38,690 nt of DNA from Ascoidea asiatica JCM 7603 (lineage: Eukaryota; Fungi; Ascomycota): contig BCKQ01000016.1 in assembly GCA_001600695.1 (NCBI GenBank), forward strand, positions 109 through 38,798, in the 5' to 3' direction. A program made the position numbers and the translations under genes. Positions within the stretch are counted from its first letter, which is position 1. Each line of letters begins with the position of its first letter. Below, in pieces: positions 35,651 to 38,690 of this stretch. A model generated the notes under the pieces. That model ran no database searches, was not told the origin of the DNA, and was given only the letters and a program-made list of their open reading frames with translations.

Positions 35651-37362
35651 TTTGAATTGAAATAAAAGAATATAAGTTGGAAACCACATCGAAATGATTA
35701 AAATATGCAGCAACTTTCGATCTATTAATGAGATCAAGGAGTGAGCAATCCTGCAGGAACTTGGGTAAGTATGATAATCTTAAGGTAGGACCATAATATA
35801 GCTCATATGGACTTTTAGAGGTTGAAGCATGAACTAACCCATTATATATTGTGGTAGCATGTAAAAATGACCATCTAAAATGAGGATCAACAGAATATTT
35901 TGAGAGATGTGCTACAATACAAGCATGCATTCTCTTGATTGTCCGAACTGCACGCTCAGAAGTTCCATTAAATTCTTTATTGCCTTTAGGGGCATGAAGG
36001 ATGGTGATGATACCAAGAGTACTGATTCTAAGGAATTCACAACCGTGATCCATTTTAATTTTCGTAGGATAATAACCAAACCTATTGTGTTTTCTTTGGA
36101 TATATTGATTTATTTCATTAGCTATATCAGCTTTTGATTGAACAACAATAGTATGAATGTATCTTGAATAATCATCTATCAATAATACAACATAATCTTT
36201 CTTGATACCATCATATATATGGCCAAAGGTATCCGTATGTAGTTGCTCAAAAAGTTTAATTGACTGTGTAATGATAGTCCTCCTTTTGGATCCCGTTTTA
36301 AATTTAATTACCTTACAAACTTGACATTTCATAATTAATTTGCAGGTTTGAGGGTTAATTTCAAATCCTAACTCTGTTAATCTTTTAACAGAAGCATGTC
36401 CAAATTGTTCATGTAGTTGAATATCTAACATGGATGCTAAATACTTAGGTAATGTCCTGAGTGATGGATGACTTGAAGAAAGTAAAGGAGCAAATGTTTG
36501 AAGAGAAGAAACAGGATTAGCCATAAATGAAACATTTGAAGTAGTTGAAATATTTTTAGGATCAAAATTATTGATAACATGATGATAGGATTCACCTTCT
36601 TGAGAATTCGGATCAACGATTAATGCAGAATGAGCAGTAAATATAACTAAATAACCACTATTAGTAATTTGATTAACACCTAACCAATTATTAGCATCAT
36701 GATTATTGATAAATAAACATTTCAAAGAAAATTCTTTGTTTTTAAGATATCCATAACCTTCACACATTATATATCTTCCATCTGCTGCCTTTATGGGAGT
36801 AGGGAAGTATTTGTAATCATGAAGTAATCTTTTATCATTGGTTGTACTTATAGTTGCGCCAGAGTCCAACATAAAGAATGAATTGGCAACTGGATGTTTC
36901 AGTTCAATAGTTTTAACATCTGCAGAATTTGCTACCAAATTTGAAGTCTCTGAAAATAAAAGTAGATGAGCTTCAGGGAAGAATCTTTTAACAATCTTCA
37001 GAAGTTTATTGTTTCTCTTCTGATAGTAACTAGGATAATTTAAAGGATTAGAAGATGAAAAGAAGCGGGCTTTATTTGCATGAGGTAAACCACAATGATT
37101 GGAGAAAGGAAATTTCTCATTAGGTTTATATCCAATGGGAGGTTCATGACAATATTCTACTATACCATTAGGTAATAGTTTTGTATCAATTAATTTAGAA
37201 GACCCTTGGAATGGTTGTCCGGTAGATGTTCTGCCACCAGAGAGAGTTTTTGATGAAATCGAAGGAGGGACACAAGTTGAAAAAGATAAGGGATGATGAC
37301 TGTTTGAAGAAGAATTAATAACAGAAGATGAATTAATATTATTAGAGTTACTATTATTATTA

Positions 37363-37412
<50 letters not shown>

Positions 37413-37931
37413 AGCAGTAAAATTATTATTGAAAGAGGGTTGAGAAAGAACAGAATTTGTCATTGAAGAAGCCTTAACGATAGGAGTATCTGACTTACGA
37501 TTATGAGTTGCCAACCATGATATACATTTATCATAGGTAAAAGGTTTATTATCCTTCCTAACACTATGTAGCATCTCAATCATATATGTTGAGGAGTATG
37601 GATAATGCTTATATAATAAGTAAACTCTTAACAAACATAAGTTTGCTAACAATTGAAAAGCATGATCTTTCCATGGTTCTTTACTATCAGATGTAACAGG
37701 TGAATTAGAAAGTAATTTCTTATATTGAGAATTTTTAGAAATTAAACAATCATAAAAGTAATCTTGCTTTATGTTAATTGGCGAATATTTTTCGAAATGC
37801 AATAAAGCAACTGGTTCATCAGAATTGGGAGCATTCTTCATCATTTGAACTAATTCCAAAAGAATTGAAGGAAAAACAACATCACCATCAAGAAACTTAT
37901 TAACCTGTAAATATTGAAGAAGAAACTCCAA
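35607..37931 (-). CDS. Copia Gag (partial)-protease-integrase open frame
   Basis: LDSGAT protease; HEQFGH...CQVC zinc domain; HTDTFG / MDHGCEF / NGTSER DDE triad; first ATG at 37844. Confidence 0.9.
37352..37410. repeat. (AAT)n tract (minus strand) encoding poly-Asn in copia Gag
   Basis: About 19 near-perfect units. Confidence 0.9.
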
Positions 37932-38051
37932 GATACGATATTCAGTTAATGTATAAGCACCACAAAGAACTCTTGAGTTTTGAAAAACATATCTAGCACC
38001 AATTATGTCAAACCAATCTGTAGCCCAACCTTTATCATTAGCAGAAGGGTT

Positions 38052-38332
38052 TTATTTTCAAACAATTAAATAATTCCTGGAGCTGTTCCAGAATCTGTTT
38101 CTTTTAATGTTGATATAAGAAGTTCAATATATAACTTTGGACTAAATCTTGTTACAATTGATGACCAACATTTCAAATTTTTAATTAACATTATTCTTTT
38201 GGTAACACGTTCAAATAGTTGAATTGCTAGTCGAGAAATACTCTCAATCATTTAGTTATCAAGATGAGCCATTTCAGGAGAATATTCCTCAATTAAAAAA
38301 GAAGTTGAAGAATTTAAATTGTCATCAACCAT
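38052..38332 (-). pseudogene. gag: Disrupted N-terminus of copia gag
   Basis: ATG at 38332 (MVDDNL...), TAA at 38252, then a frameshift near 38055-38070 into the long ORF frame. Confidence 0.6.
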
Positions 38333-38690
38333 TTTTAAAACAAAAAACTTATTTGTTAAATCTTTAATATGTTTTTCCAGTTTGAAACAATTACTGTAAT
38401 TTATGAATATAATTATTAAATAGCTTAGGTAAAATTAAAAAGTCCTAAGATGAAAACAAAAAATACTAACACCAAAAATAATAACACCAAAATTTATTTG
38501 AATTTAATTTAGTACCACCCATTTGAGCTTGTTAAAGAATTAATAATGGATAATTTGAAATTAGATATTAGATTGAAATTTAACAGAAAAAAAAAATATT
38601 TTTTTCTTTTATACAAAGAAAAAAAAAATTCTCCAAAATAGTTTTTGTTTTTTTTTTTTTTTTATTTTTATTTTTATTTTTATTTTTTAT

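Larger units (their letters stand above)
33436..38585 (-). mobile_element. Ty1/copia retrotransposon body; LTRs not resolved
   Basis: gag-PR-IN-RT-RH order; PPT-like AAAAGGAGA at 33494-33502; outer boundaries approximate. Confidence 0.85.

Overview
AT-rich eukaryotic DNA, probably fungal or yeast-like (inference). I can recognise no host gene, rRNA, tRNA or CRISPR array. The window is a nested cluster of decayed transposons: a Gag ORF with a CCHC knuckle (112-1230,-); three copies of a ~1.03-kb LTR family (1801-2117 partial, 3994-5020, 15167-16197); a Ty3/gypsy element whose 5' LTR, leader and gag start (6670-9042,-) face away from its gag-pol and 3' LTR (11860-18827,+); a copia integrase relic (20.7-21.5 kb); a decayed Ty1/copia element (21980-~27705,+); a PIF/Harbinger transposase pseudogene (32533-33435,+) preceded by a palindromic ~99-bp repeat array; and a second Ty1/copia element (33.4-38.6 kb,-). 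The most notable observations are: (i) matching GAAC flanks on the two oppositely oriented gypsy LTRs, suggesting a ~5-kb inversion between inverted gag copies; (ii) an 815-codon open Gag-PR-IN frame next to an RT-RNaseH frame with 7 nonsense codons; (iii) Asn-rich prion-like segments in two unrelated Gags; (iv) a possible TG...GA LTR terminus. I cannot support a wholly new biological system from sequence alone. All alignments and identity figures are by-eye estimates.
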